A stretch of DNA of 50,681 nt, the filler included, from Catajapyx aquilonaris (taxonomy: Eukaryota): NCBI GenBank assembly GCA_000934665.2. It is 2 parts of 2 records of this genome, joined end to end, with 100 filler letters (N's around TTAATTAATTAA, not from the genome) between each part and the next. Parts side by side here need not be neighbours in the genome. Positions count along the whole stretch, not along the records: positions 1 to 25,630 come from JYFJ02005449.1; positions 25,731 to 50,681 come from JYFJ02005450.1. One strand, written 5' to 3'. The notes below the pieces were generated by a model, which worked only from the letters and a program-made list of their open reading frames with translations, was not told the origin of the DNA and searched no databases. The translations under genes and the position numbers were made by a program. Below are positions 23,402-35,290 of the stretch, in pieces; position 1 is the stretch's first letter, and each line of letters starts with the position of its first letter.

Positions 23402-24262
23402 GAGACAGGCAGGCTGGCAGGCAGGCAGAGAAAAATAGATAAACAGACTATCAATCAATTAGAAAAATAACTAATTAATTAATTAATCAGACAGACAAAT
23501 CGATAAACAGACAATCGATCGACAAATCAATCAATCAGAAAATAACCAATTGATTAACTAGAGAGACAAATATGTTAACAGACAGTCAATCAATCGATAG
23601 ATCGACCAATCGATCAGAAAAGAACCAATTGATTAATCAGATAGACAAATCGATAAACAGACAATCGATCGACTAATCAATCAATCAATCAGAAAATAAC
23701 CAATTGATTAATTTGACAGACAAATATGTTAAAAGTCAATCAATCGATAGATCTACCAATCAATCAATCAGAAAATAACCAATTAATTAATTAGTTAGAC
23801 AGACAGACAGCAGACAGACAGACAAGTAGAAAACAGACAGCCAATCAATCAGAAAAAAACATATTAATTAATTAATTAGACAGACAAGTTGAAAACAGAC
23901 AGCCGATCAATCAATCAATCGATAAAAAATAACCCACTAATTAATTAATTAATTAGACATACAAGTAGAAAACACAGGCAATCAACAATCAATCAGAAAA
24001 TAACTAATTATGTAATTAATCAGACAGACAAATTGATAAACAGAGAGTCAATTCATCGATGAATCAATCAGAAAATAATTAATTAGTTAATTAATCGGAC
24101 AGACAAATAATTAATTATTGATCGATCAAACAGACAAGTAATAAATTGATCCATCCATCCATCAATCAATCAGACAAGTAGACAAACAAAAAGACAGACA
24201 GACAGACAAATCATAATGAATCGATATATATCCATCCAACAATCAATCAATCAATCAATCAG
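23402..24262. repeat. Degenerate low-complexity tract of ATCA/GACA/TAAT tetramers
   Basis: Recurrent aatcaatcagaaaataaccaattgattaa and agacagacaa blocks. Confidence 0.8.
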
Positions 24263-24300
24263 TTGAAGACGTCTTTATTAATTATTGTGCACTACAACAA

Positions 24301-25264
24301 TCATGATTGTTTGTTTCCATTGTCAACATGATCCTCCTGTTGTTCCTGCTCTTCCGCTGTCTGCGTCTCCTGTTGACCATCTTCATCGGGGTCTACCTGG
24401 AAGTCCCTGGCGACGGACTCTTCGTCTGCCAGCAGCTTCATCTGCTGGAGCCTCTCCTTCTGATGTCTCTTGAAGAACCCTGCTTTGGCCAGAGCCATGA
24501 TCAGGAGCAGGAGGGACAGCAGCCCTCCGGAGACGGACACCCACAGCACCCACTGCTGGACAGGCTCTGCCCTGGGTGGGGCCAGCACCTTCGTCCAGGC
24601 CCGTGTGGCGTTCGTCCACTTCAGTGCTTCTGTCCGGTCAGTTGGGGGATCAGGAGACACTATGGTGGCTCGGGACATGGTGATCCACAGAGCCTCCTGG
24701 GATCCCCTGCGACCTTCGATCAGTCTGCCTGACGGGGATGGAACGAAACGGATACGTTCACACGAGACACCAAGTGGCCAGACATCATACGCTGAGTAGT
24801 ATGATGATTGCATTCAGTACTACATACCGACAGTTGACACGGTGAGGTTCATCGTCAGTGTGACTGTGACCAAACTCCTCGAATCCATCTCTCCAACGTC
24901 GCACGCGTAGCTGGTGCATATGGCGCCGAAAGAGGAGCAGTTGAACAGACGGGTGTCGTTGTCGTAGTCTACTTTGAGTGTCCCCCACTCTTCCTCGGGT
25001 ACCGGTGCCGGAATGTCGTCAGCGAGGCACGTCACCGGCTGGTTCCCCAGACTCCCTTCCACAGCCAACGTGGTCAGATTCACGTAGTAAACCTGCTCGT
25101 CGCCAATGGTTGATCCGACAGGTATCCACAGCCGGATCTGCGTAAGTAACGTGGAGGTGGTCCCTCTGTTGGTCACCTGAAAATGCTGGGTCATCGTGAC
25201 CTGCCTGGTTGCCTGTTCCTTGTCTTTCGATATCGATGGCAGGGACACTCCGCGACTGGGGAGG
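24301..25264 (-). CDS. Integrin alpha subunit, last two exons only (calf-2 region, transmembrane helix, cytoplasmic tail); 5' part missing at the gap
   Basis: Exons 25264-24828 and 24728-24301, with a 99-nt phase-1 intron. WVLWVSVSGGLLSLLLLIMALAKAGFFKR contains the diagnostic KxGFFKR motif; the calf-2-like segments HFQVTNRG and FNCSSFGAICTSYACDVG are present. An AATAAA lies on the - strand at 24274-24279. Confidence 0.88.
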
Positions 25265-25395
25265 CTGAAAATACAACATTTATGAAGTTCAGACCAATAA
25301 GTGGAATGATCTTTACTATGGGGAGGGAAAAGGGAAAATATTACAAGGAAAATTTAAGCATGGTCAAACAGAAACAAGTGCGGAAAAAAAGTTTG

Positions 25396-25560
25396 TGGCC
25401 AAAAAAAAGCGTGGGCAAAGAAATATGCGGGCAAAAAAAAGCATGGGCAAAAAAAAGCGTGGGCAAAAAAAAGCGTGGGCAAAAAAAAGCATGGGCAAAA
25501 GAAAGCATGGGCAAAAAAAAGCATGGGCAAAAAAAAGCATGGGCAAAAAAAGCGTGGGCA
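25396..25560. repeat. 16-17-bp minisatellite gggcaaaaaaaagc(a/g)t, ~10 copies, in the integrin intron
   Basis: Read directly; it lies just before the assembly gap. Confidence 0.9.
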
Positions 25561-25630
25561 CGGAAAATATTCGGCCAGAATGGGGGAACAGTTATATTGC
25601 AATAGCTGCTAGCTGCTAACCAGTTATTAC

Positions 25631-25730
25631 NNNNNNNNNNNNNNNNNNNNNNNNNNNNNNNNNNNNNNNNNNNNTTAATTAATTAANNNNNNNNNNNNNN
25701 NNNNNNNNNNNNNNNNNNNNNNNNNNNNNN
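25631..25730. other. Artificial 100-bp assembly spacer with six-frame stop linker
   Basis: Exactly 44 N + TTAATTAATTAA (25675-25686) + 44 N. Confidence 0.92.
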
Positions 25731-25920
25731 CAGCATCAATCGCTACCTGTAAACAGTGGCAACGCACGTGGCAACGACAGAAAGAACGCTAAGCACTCTC
25801 CACATGCCGATGTCCGAACACGCCCAGCTGCCAGGTAATGCCAAAGTCGTTGTTTACACTTGTTATATGCTATTGTGTCCAGCACTGTACTACATAAACT
25901 GTATAGTTCCTGCCTGTTAT

Positions 25921-26224
25921 GGGGAGGGGTAACGTCTCGGCTTGCTGAGTGAAAGGCCCCAGGTTCGATCCCCGCCTGGGGAACTTTCCTTTCACCTGCG
26001 TCAGGAGGGTCTCTGACCTGCACCAAGGAGGTGTCTGGCAACCTAACCTCCTGGGGCACATGACCCCTTTACAGACCTTGCACTTGCACCACATGTTCCC
26101 TCCTCAAAAATCCCTATCCTTACCCATGTCCCTGTCTCCTTGCATCGGTGAGCGAAGAACTGATGGTGGTGTGCCACCCCCCTAAAAAGGCTCCGCCTTA
26201 GCACGGGGTAACAAAAGGAAAGAA
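25921..26224 (+). mobile_element. tRNA-derived SINE with 16-bp target-site duplication
   Basis: Perfect direct repeat agttcctgcctgttat at 25905-25920 and 26225-26240; B-box ggttcgatccc (~25962-25972); A-rich tail aacaaaaggaaagaa. Confidence 0.72.
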
Positions 26225-26926
26225 AGTTCCTGCCTGTTATTATCACGTTTTAATCATTAAGATGCTAATATGGCCTTCACGTTATCAGGACTTGGAACAA
26301 CATTAAATTTTCGAATATGATCAGTACAAATTCGTGCGTGTTGTTCCTAACCTGACTATACCTGAAAACTGTTTGGTGGAAAAAGAAAATAAATATGTGC
26401 CGAAAAGTCATACCAGACTACACTGGTTTTCATATTTCAAGGCGACGTGCATTGAATTAGAACATTGTCCTCGACAGTCTCTTTCATTTAATGCAACGAC
26501 GATGAAGTGAAAAAGCAATTTCTTCCGCCAAATGTGTCTTGTACTTTCTGGAGAACTATATCGCATGCTTCTGTGGCTGGAAAATGTGACGAGGGAGGGG
26601 GCGAGGAATCAGGAAATGAAGCATGTCTGTCACGAAGCAAGCCCCACATCACTTGCAATCCGGTTGGAGACATTGACATGCGTGGGCGGATCTCACAGAA
26701 GACACACTCGGAATGGATTTTTCTCCATTTGAAGCCAACATTGAAGGTAGCTCAGGGGATCAGCTGAACCCAACTGGTAAAAAATTACTTCTATTTTTTT
26801 TACATTTTCAATCTGCATGGTGTTCATTTCTGGTTATTTTTTTGTATTTATTCAGGGCAGGTTTTGTTATCTAAGGCCAATCATGGCAAGATATGCCTGA
26901 ATTATTTTTTAATCATATTTTATGAA

Positions 26927-27129
26927 TAGAGTCCGGATTTTTAGGCAAATGCCTATTTAGTTTCTTAGCAGTTGGGATGGTTTTGTGAAGGGATTTATCC
27001 GTTTCATAAGTGCAGGATGTGGAAAATGTAGGTTTTATAGTGCCTAAAACACACTGCCTATTTAAGTGCCTAGATTTGAGTTTTTCGTGCCTATTTCGGG
27101 GGTTTTCGTGCCTAAAAATCCTGCCTCTA
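26927..27129. mobile_element. hAT-type MITE with perfect 8-bp TSD
   Basis: TIR tagagtccggatttttaggca / tgcctaaaaatcctgcctcta; TSD tttatgaa at 26919-26926 and 27130-27137; internal tgccta repeats. Confidence 0.78.
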
Positions 27130-30100
27130 TTTATGAACAATTGAAGTGAGAACTAACAATTATTGTACAAAGTTAAACCCGATTCCTTCAATGCCAAATT
27201 TTCAGCCGAACATTAGTGGTTGAAAACCCTTGGTATTATAGGTATTGTGGGGGCTGTAGAGATTATTAGCAAAACTTGTACTTTAAAGAAAGCCTCCTAC
27301 TTGTTTTTCCCTCTGTGCACATAATTCTTTCTGCAAATCCGAGCAGTGCAAGTGAGATCCAACCCCGTGGATTTTGTGGTTTCTACCCTCCTCAACAACA
27401 CCACATGACCCCACTGCCCTTTCTCCGAGAGCTCCAGAGCAGACTAATTTCCTCCCGTTGTAGGCTCTACTTGGAAGCGAAAACAATGTAATCCCACTAA
27501 TGAGCCAGGCACTGCTATACCGCCGAAAATAATTGGACGCTTCCTTAAAAGTCTCAGATATTGCCAATATGTTGACTGCCGGGTGTTTACACTTGGGAGT
27601 GTATTGGTGGCGGTACCCACCGCCACTGGAAAGTTATTCAAACTAGTTTGCACTTGCTGATCCCAGAATATGTGACAGGCCGAGTTTCTGGGGCCAATAA
27701 AATCCGTCAATTTATCGCATTCCAGGAATTGCCGAAGCCATCGGAAATTACGACCACCCCCTCTCCTCAACCAAGATATATTGGACATTATAGCCTCCCA
27801 TATTTCACATGATATACGACAAGGTTTGTCCCCCCCCCCCNNCCCCCCCCCCCCTCCTTCTCTACACTACCCCCAACACCCCTTGGAGATCAAGCTATGT
27901 GGAGAGAGGTGGTGGCTTTTTTTTCCCCAGCAACTACTTGACATGTTCTTAGGGGGTGCCGATATTGTGCTATTCGTCAAAGGCTTTTGTAAGTCGAGGC
28001 TTGTGGAAGGTGCTGACGTGTCCAGCCACTTGGAAAGGTAAATCACCTCCTTGACCCCACCGGAGGATGTTGTCATCTGGCTAATGGGAACGTTTTCTGC
28101 CAACGAAACGTGACCTGGATTCCTACAGAGACGGGACTTATAATTTATACAGTACGGTTACGTATGGTACATGAAATGACCCGTCACAGTGCCCTGCACC
28201 ATGCTTTTACACTGCATCGCATTTGTGAACCAGGCCTTTCTCGCATACAAAACAGGAACTATGCCTAGTAATAGTTCATTCTTCGGTCAGATTCTGTATT
28301 GTAATCGCATTCCAAAATGGCCGCCTCCCGGCTTTAGGCTTCTGTAATACGTAATTTCTCCATCACGTGGAAACGCTTCAGTTCTTTCTTTGTTGCTTGA
28401 TTTTTGCCATTTTATCTGGAAGGGACATGGTGGTACAGAGGGGGCAGACTAGCTTACATTACACCATAAATGGATCATAAATTCACCTCTCACAATGGCA
28501 AGCGCCGTATTAAAATTTTGTGATTACAGTGGGGAGGGGGTCATGAACTATAGACTGGCAAGAAACTTGGCGCGTTCACGATTTGCATGCAATACTAGTG
28601 AGGTTTGGCAGACTTGACAAATGTAATTTTACACACCGACACCCCCTGCATAATTACATCGGTGGGCAGGAGGAGGAATAAGTTCACGCCCTGTAGGTCA
28701 AATTTATTAGCTGCTTCAATTTGCACAAAACGTATTGAAATTACCCGTTGGACAAAAAAAATCATACATCACAGCTGCAAGCATAAAAATTAATTTATGT
28801 ACAATGGACCCTATCGAAATTTATTAAACCCATCATTGTTTCCCAAATTGCCTATTTGATCACGTAAAATTATTAGCAACCACATGCCACCTTTATTACA
28901 AAAAAAGGGCGTTCCAGTGTGACTACCACGCACAATTGCATCCACCCCCAACTGCATTTTGGTACCTGCTTGGTAAACCCAGCAGGTAGTACGAGGCCAG
29001 AATCCCAAGAAGTGAACTCTGTCCTCTCCTCGCTCTGTTGGGTTGTTCTCCTTTATTGCAATGCAATGCCTGCTCGCAAACAACGCTTGGTTGGCTAGGA
29101 AACGCGTCAATTTTCGCCCCACAGTTTCGATTCCAAGTGAGATAAATGTCCACTGGCATTGTCCCCAACACACTTCCCGATTAGACTATCTTTGGCAGGG
29201 TGACTAGAGCGGGGGTGGAAAAGTAAGCTCCGTCCCATAAAAAGGAATGTGAGTCCCTCCCTACCAGCTTCACAAGAACCATCTCCTTAATTTAGAATTA
29301 CGGGCTTGAATTTCCGACCGCACCATGGCCTGTCAGGCACGTTTGCAATTGAAAAGCACCCTCATCCTGCCCCCACTGCTATATGCAAATGTTGGAGCCC
29401 CAGTCAATTTTCCCGAAGGACCAAGAAATCAGTCGTGTTTGCTAACAAAAATGTGAGCAGATGGTGGAGAAAGAGAGTAATTGCGTTATATTAGTTCATA
29501 ACGAGCGAGTGTGGGTCGATATTAGCTAAATGCTTTTGGTAGGGGGGGATAGGACCAGGTTGAAAAATCACAAGAGGTTGTTATTCGGTTGACAAATCTT
29601 GGGCCCATTCATTATGCGGGTTGCTAATCTCCGGCGATATTTTAAGTCGGATTTTCTTTTGTGGAGACCAAAGTCGCAGTGCAAAGATGGGGAACGAGAG
29701 CCATTAGGAAGCGTATTTGTTGGCACGCAATTACAGACGCGGGAGATTGAGGATTTCTAGCCGGAACGTCTTCCCCTCTGGGTGAGTGACGTAATTTATG
29801 TGAAGATCTCTCCATGTCATTGTTATGTGGCTAGATAGAGATAGTATCTGCCAAAGCAATTTCCATTTTTGTGTTTTTATAGCAGTCTTGAATTGTTACC
29901 TTCACGCATTTTAGGAGAGGAATGCTAGAATTTATAGCAGGCTTCATAACTCAAACCATGACATATAATCTGACTTTATAGTCACAAACCTTCAAGGTCG
30001 CCATCTGATATTATATCCAGATAATTAGCACCATCTAGACAGTTCAAAAATGCAACAGGGTAAGTGATGCCACAGTCCTGTTTGCAATAATAAAGCGCCT

Positions 30101-30971
30101 AGGGCACCAGAGTAAGGGCCACTTGTTTCCTGCACAATAAATGTCTGGAGATACCCCCCCAGGCGATTCCTATAGATTATTTACAGCTCATGTGCATCGT
30201 TTAAATGTATTCATGAACGTAACGTTCTGCTGGGAATTTAGATGCTAATTATTTTTTTTTCCTGGGTCCATGTTCCACCCGGATTTTTCCGGCTGCATTT
30301 CATGTCTTTTGTTCGAGGCCGGCCGAAACTTTTGCTTCCCACCAACAACTCTGTTTTTCTGAGGCCATTTTACCGGCTACAATGGCAACAAGTCCCATAT
30401 ATTATCGAGAACTTACATGGCGACCGGAGGGGGTAAAAAAAATGAAATAAAAAGAAGCTGGGAGTCCAAATTGGATGGGACGGAATCGCGTGGCTTTGCC
30501 GAATCTTGCCAAAGAAAATTTGAGACGTATCTAATTGAATAGGGTCTAAAATATAGCCGATATAGGTTGGGGAACCGGACGAAATGTTTGTCTCACCAAC
30601 TCATTCGTTATGGGATTTTTCTTTCCCCTTTCCCCCCAATCCATTGACCTGGAAAGTGCCAGCAATTTTTCTGTACGTTATCTGACGTTTTGCCGCCAGC
30701 TACACGTGCCGATATTACGGTACCTATAATAGCAAATGTTGGAAGAATTGCTTTAGAAAGTAGTTATACCCGTATATGGAAAACCAAACTTGATATTCAC
30801 TCTTTATGTTTCTCTTTTTTCTGGTAGTGTGTTTTGCTTTTGCAGTTCATATAACAAGAGCGATACAGGGTAACCACCTTGTATATCGTGAGTATACAGC
30901 CATACATACAAGTCCGATTATGGCGGTTTTGAGTTATGTACATCACTAAATTTTTTTAAATTTTAACCGAA

Positions 30972-31210
30972 GGCTGGTGTAGTGGTTAAGGCGACCGACT
31001 GCTAATCGGGAGGCTCTGAGTTCGATTCCCGGAGCCGGCGATTCTGACCCAGGTTAACTGTGGTTTTCCATGGTCCCCCCAGGATAATTCCGAGGTCGCT
31101 TCCGTATAATAGGCCACAGCCGCTTCCTTCCTTCCCTATATCCTTGGCCCCGTCCTCCCTCCCCTATATGCCTCATCGCCTTAGTTGCCTCGGCTTCCCC
31201 TTAATAACCA
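30972..31210 (+). mobile_element. tRNA-derived SINE (second family)
   Basis: A-box tgtagtggttaagg, anticodon-like arm ccga-ctgctaa-tcgg and B-box gagttcgattcc, followed by the body gtggttttcc...ccagg...taggccacagccgcttccttcc, which resembles arthropod SINE2 cores. The 3' end is approximate. Confidence 0.72.
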
Positions 31211-34200
31211 CTAAGTAGCATTTTTTCTGCTCTATTGACTGGTGAAGTCCATTTAGTCCTAACGATTCATAATGAGCCAACAATAAGCCAGGATTATTTT
31301 GCTGCCTTCACCAGCATGTCTACCATATTCTCTCGGTATAGGCTACCATTCTCTCTTCCAAAATGAAAAACTTTTAACTTTGAAGTAGGCTTATATGCGA
31401 CCTTGAACATGGCAACAACATTAGGCGACTAGGCCTGACTGCCTGTAGACATTCAATGAAAGGTTTAAGGTTGAAGCAAATGGCTGATGTGGTGACGGAG
31501 GGAACTGAACGCACAATAAAAGCAATTCCGCCAACTTTTATAGCCGGTTGTATACAAGAGCGACGGCAGGGGAGCTAGCACGTGTATCGAATGAGCCCGC
31601 AAACGACTCGATGCGCCCCTTATTTTGAAAGCTCTAGGCCCAGCTCAAGTCCTAGGTAGTGTCACCTCACTTCTCACGAAACTATTTCGCTGCTGAAAAA
31701 TGTCCATCATGAGGACTCAAAGGTGATTCTCACGTTGATGAGCGACGCATGTCATTTGAGGCAGATAAAACCGACAGGTGGCGTGCCACAAGTCCCCTCA
31801 GCGCATCTTCAGGAAACTCGGTTATTTCGGAAGCACCCTATTTCCACGATAGTTTCCAATTTGTGCGTGCTGGTGCATGCCTCCTGGCCGAATTCCGATG
31901 AAGAAACGTAGTGCTTACCACAGGAAGCCGTCCCTTGATGGGAAAAGTGGTTGCCTGACGACTTCCGCTCCGCCATTGTCTCTTCCAACCTCCGCCCACG
32001 GATAGTAAAAAAAAAAAACCTTAATTGCTCATCGTTTTCTTGCTGGAGGATATCTACGGTCAGAAAAGGCCAATCACGTTCCCACCTTCAGCCCACGACC
32101 CCAGTCATTTTTTTCAAAACCAAGGCTATTGAAAAGTACTTTTTTCAGGGAGTTTTGGTGGTTAGAAAAATCCACCCCCTTTAATACGACAATTCGGCCA
32201 TTCTTTTCTGTCCAAACCATATGCACGGACTTTTTATTTATGGAATTTATTCGGCTCACTAGGCAGAGAGAGCTACGGGGACAAAGGATGCTTCCTGAAT
32301 GTGAAGTAAAATAAAATATAAAGAATTGCTGTCCAGAATTCCCTTCGAGAATTTGTGGATCAGAATGATGGAGCGGCGAACAGATTTATCTAGCACACAC
32401 TATATATAACAATAGCACTTTTGAGCCCTTTGCATAGCGTTGCCTGTTGTGTGTTGTTGTTGTTTTTTTTTTGGGGGGGGGGGGGTCCTTTTAATAACCA
32501 TAGTTGTATGCAGTGTGCTCGCAAAATCAAATTTTGAGGAGGCTTATAATTGGATCGTTATCCCTCTTCAATCTTGGAAAATGTATTGACAAGTGCGACA
32601 TTAAAGTAGATAAGTGCTCTTCTAAACAAGAGACGTTGGCTGGCTAGAGAGCACCCCTCTGTTGGTAAATAATAGCATCGTGCTCAAAGTTTGAAAGGTC
32701 ATTATGGAGGGGGTGAAAGCAGCAATAGGGTAATTTCTGCCAGTTTTATGGTTCAATTAAAAGAAGTTTCAAAAAAATATCTTGGGGGTTATATTTAGCT
32801 AGAGTTGGAAAGGCTGGATTGGAATAATATGGTAGTGATGTTACGGGTACCCGAAATTTTTGCTACAAGCCCTAGCAATAAATCTCAAACGCCCCTGTTT
32901 ATCGCGTCACGTGGCCGGATTCCACTCCCCCACTCCCACCCCCCATTCCCACCGTGTAATGAATTAATAAACAAAGCTTCCCATCCCGTGGAAATTCCTA
33001 TCGGGACCAGCTACACTTTCTGTGAGCTTTGATATATGGGGCCATTGCGCTATCAATTCAGGCGCTATCCTACTAAAACCCCTCCCTCTNCCCACTTCTT
33101 CGAATCCGACTCGAGGTTACTATTTCACCTCCCCAAGAAAAAAAAGAAAAAAGAAATGCGCATGATTGGTTCGGTGTGAGCGAGGAAGAGCTCATCTCTC
33201 CTTCTATTGCATTCACACTCGCCTAGTTTGTCAGTGGCATAGGGTACCGCCGCTTCTGGTATGGATCAAATTCGTGGGCCAATGTATTCAGAAATTATGC
33301 ATTCTAATTGTGAGGAAGTTCGCGTGGACCGTAAAAAGTCCCAACATTTGGTCATGGTAGGGTACCCTGGGGGAGAAACTTTCGCCCTTCCCTGTGAACA
33401 TGTGGACAGCTCCATCTGAAATTGACGTTCTGTAAAATTTTCCATTACGAGGGGCATGGGCGAAGGTGACCCATCCCTTATCCTGTTTGGGGTGGAGAAG
33501 GCTGTGTTTTGATCCAGATTCCGATACTTAGATGCCTATAAAAAAATAAAAATAAAAATCCGTGGAGAGTCAGAGAACGTTGTTTAGTCCATGTTCCAGG
33601 ATTTGTTATGCCTCGTTGCATGGTTTCCTGAAATGAAACTTAATGAAATGAAGCCTTCCACTCACTGGTCAGTACAATTTAGGGGACAGGTATGTAGCGT
33701 GACTCTGTTTCATTAGGACCGTAATGCGCCAAGTCAGGCGAAACATGAATTTTAGAAAGTGATACAATTTTAGAAATATACAGTTGAGTAATTCTACTGG
33801 AAAAGGTTGGTGTAACAAGAACAATCCATTTCTACAGGATCAGACGAGAAGTTGTTGGAGAGGGTACCGGTGCCATAGCCCAAGTGGGCCTTTCACTGCC
33901 GCGCCATCAGACGAGAAGTATCGAACAGAAAAATCGAGGGTCCTAGAGGCAAAACTATATCCAGAAAAAAAGAGTCCTTTGAGACGCCGGAAAGGCCTGT
34001 GATCACAGCACAAAATGACATTCAGGCTGAAAGAAGAACTCTTGCTGTACCGTTTCGAGCTTCTTTGTCCTACGTATTTCAGCGTAGGGGAAGCGATTCC
34101 GAGTCAAACTTTCTACTCTCGGGATTTTGCCTCTCTGCACCTTCCTGATACTGCATATTGGAGTATATTGGACGCACCAATCATCTGCCTGACGCATGTT

Positions 34201-35211
34201 CTTCTTTTCCGAAGCAAAAGGCCCTTCTGTACGGAGTGTTGCGGATGTCGCAGGATAAAGGTTGGTTCGGGCGGTTGGCAATTAACCGCCAGAGTGTGTT
34301 GATGTGTGCTACATACCCCCTTACTAAAAACTGCAGAGTATGGCTCAGTAAACGTATGGAGCTGTCTGTATCGTGTGTATGCTTCTATGGATTTCTACAT
34401 TACAGGGTGGTTCATTTCCCAAGTTTCCAGTTTTCGAGGGGCATTATTGGTGAAGGTATGAGTTTTTTTTACTCCAGTAACTACGTAGTTCAAAGGGAAG
34501 CTACAGCCATGATAAGCGAACATGGCTTTGTTGCTGCCCTGGAAGGTAGGGTAAACAATACATAACGTACTTCCTTTTGAACTGAGGAATACCCTGCTTC
34601 TCTGCTGTGGTCCATCACAGCATCATTGAATCTATTCAATCCCGACCCTTTGCAGTCGATAGCCTACAAGGTGTAGATTATAGTTGTCATAATATGGTCC
34701 CCATTATATTTAAAAAATTGTATGTAAAGTGTTGGATCAATTTCACGACGAATGTTTTTAAATCTTTTACCACTAAGCACACAAGGTGGCACGGGGTGGT
34801 TTATTTGGTTTATGTAATATAGACGGTACTTCCAGGTAGATCTTTACAGCGCTCTTTTTACTTTGAATATTAATATGCTTGTTATTTTTTTCTCTTAAGC
34901 ATTATAAAACTCTCTTGCTGGCAATGTTCACCTCTTTTTGAACGTATTTTAGGAAATATTTTTACGACGTAACCCCCCGAATCCGATCCAATAACCATAT
35001 ACCAAAGCAACATCTGCTCTAACCCTGCAAATGTCCACATTCTCACATAGGCAGTCGACACCCCCCTTTGTTTCGGCCTACTCTTCGGAACCAAAGTGCA
35101 GCCAACTCTTTCCATCATGTTATTTAAAGCAGGAAGAAAAACCTTTCAGAAGTGGAAAGTTCCTTTTGTGATCATTCAAGCGGCAGGATCTCAAACTCCC
35201 CTCCACCCCCG

Positions 35212-35212
<1 letters not shown>

Positions 35213-35288
<76 letters not shown>
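35213..35288. repeat. (CT)n microsatellite
   Basis: Read directly. Confidence 0.95.

Positions 35289-35290
<2 letters not shown>

Noticed and set aside
6660..24799. Numerous + strand ORFs antisense to the IR, GPCR and integrin exons
   Set aside because: They are shadow ORFs expected from GC-rich codon usage on the - strand, with no independent motifs.
25183..25619. Lys-rich ORFs (KKAWAKK repeats)
   Set aside because: These are translations of the 16-17-bp minisatellite in the integrin intron.
30972..31045. Functional tRNA-Ser(GCT)
   Set aside because: It lacks the long variable arm of tRNA-Ser, has poor acceptor and T-stem pairing, and continues into a SINE body.
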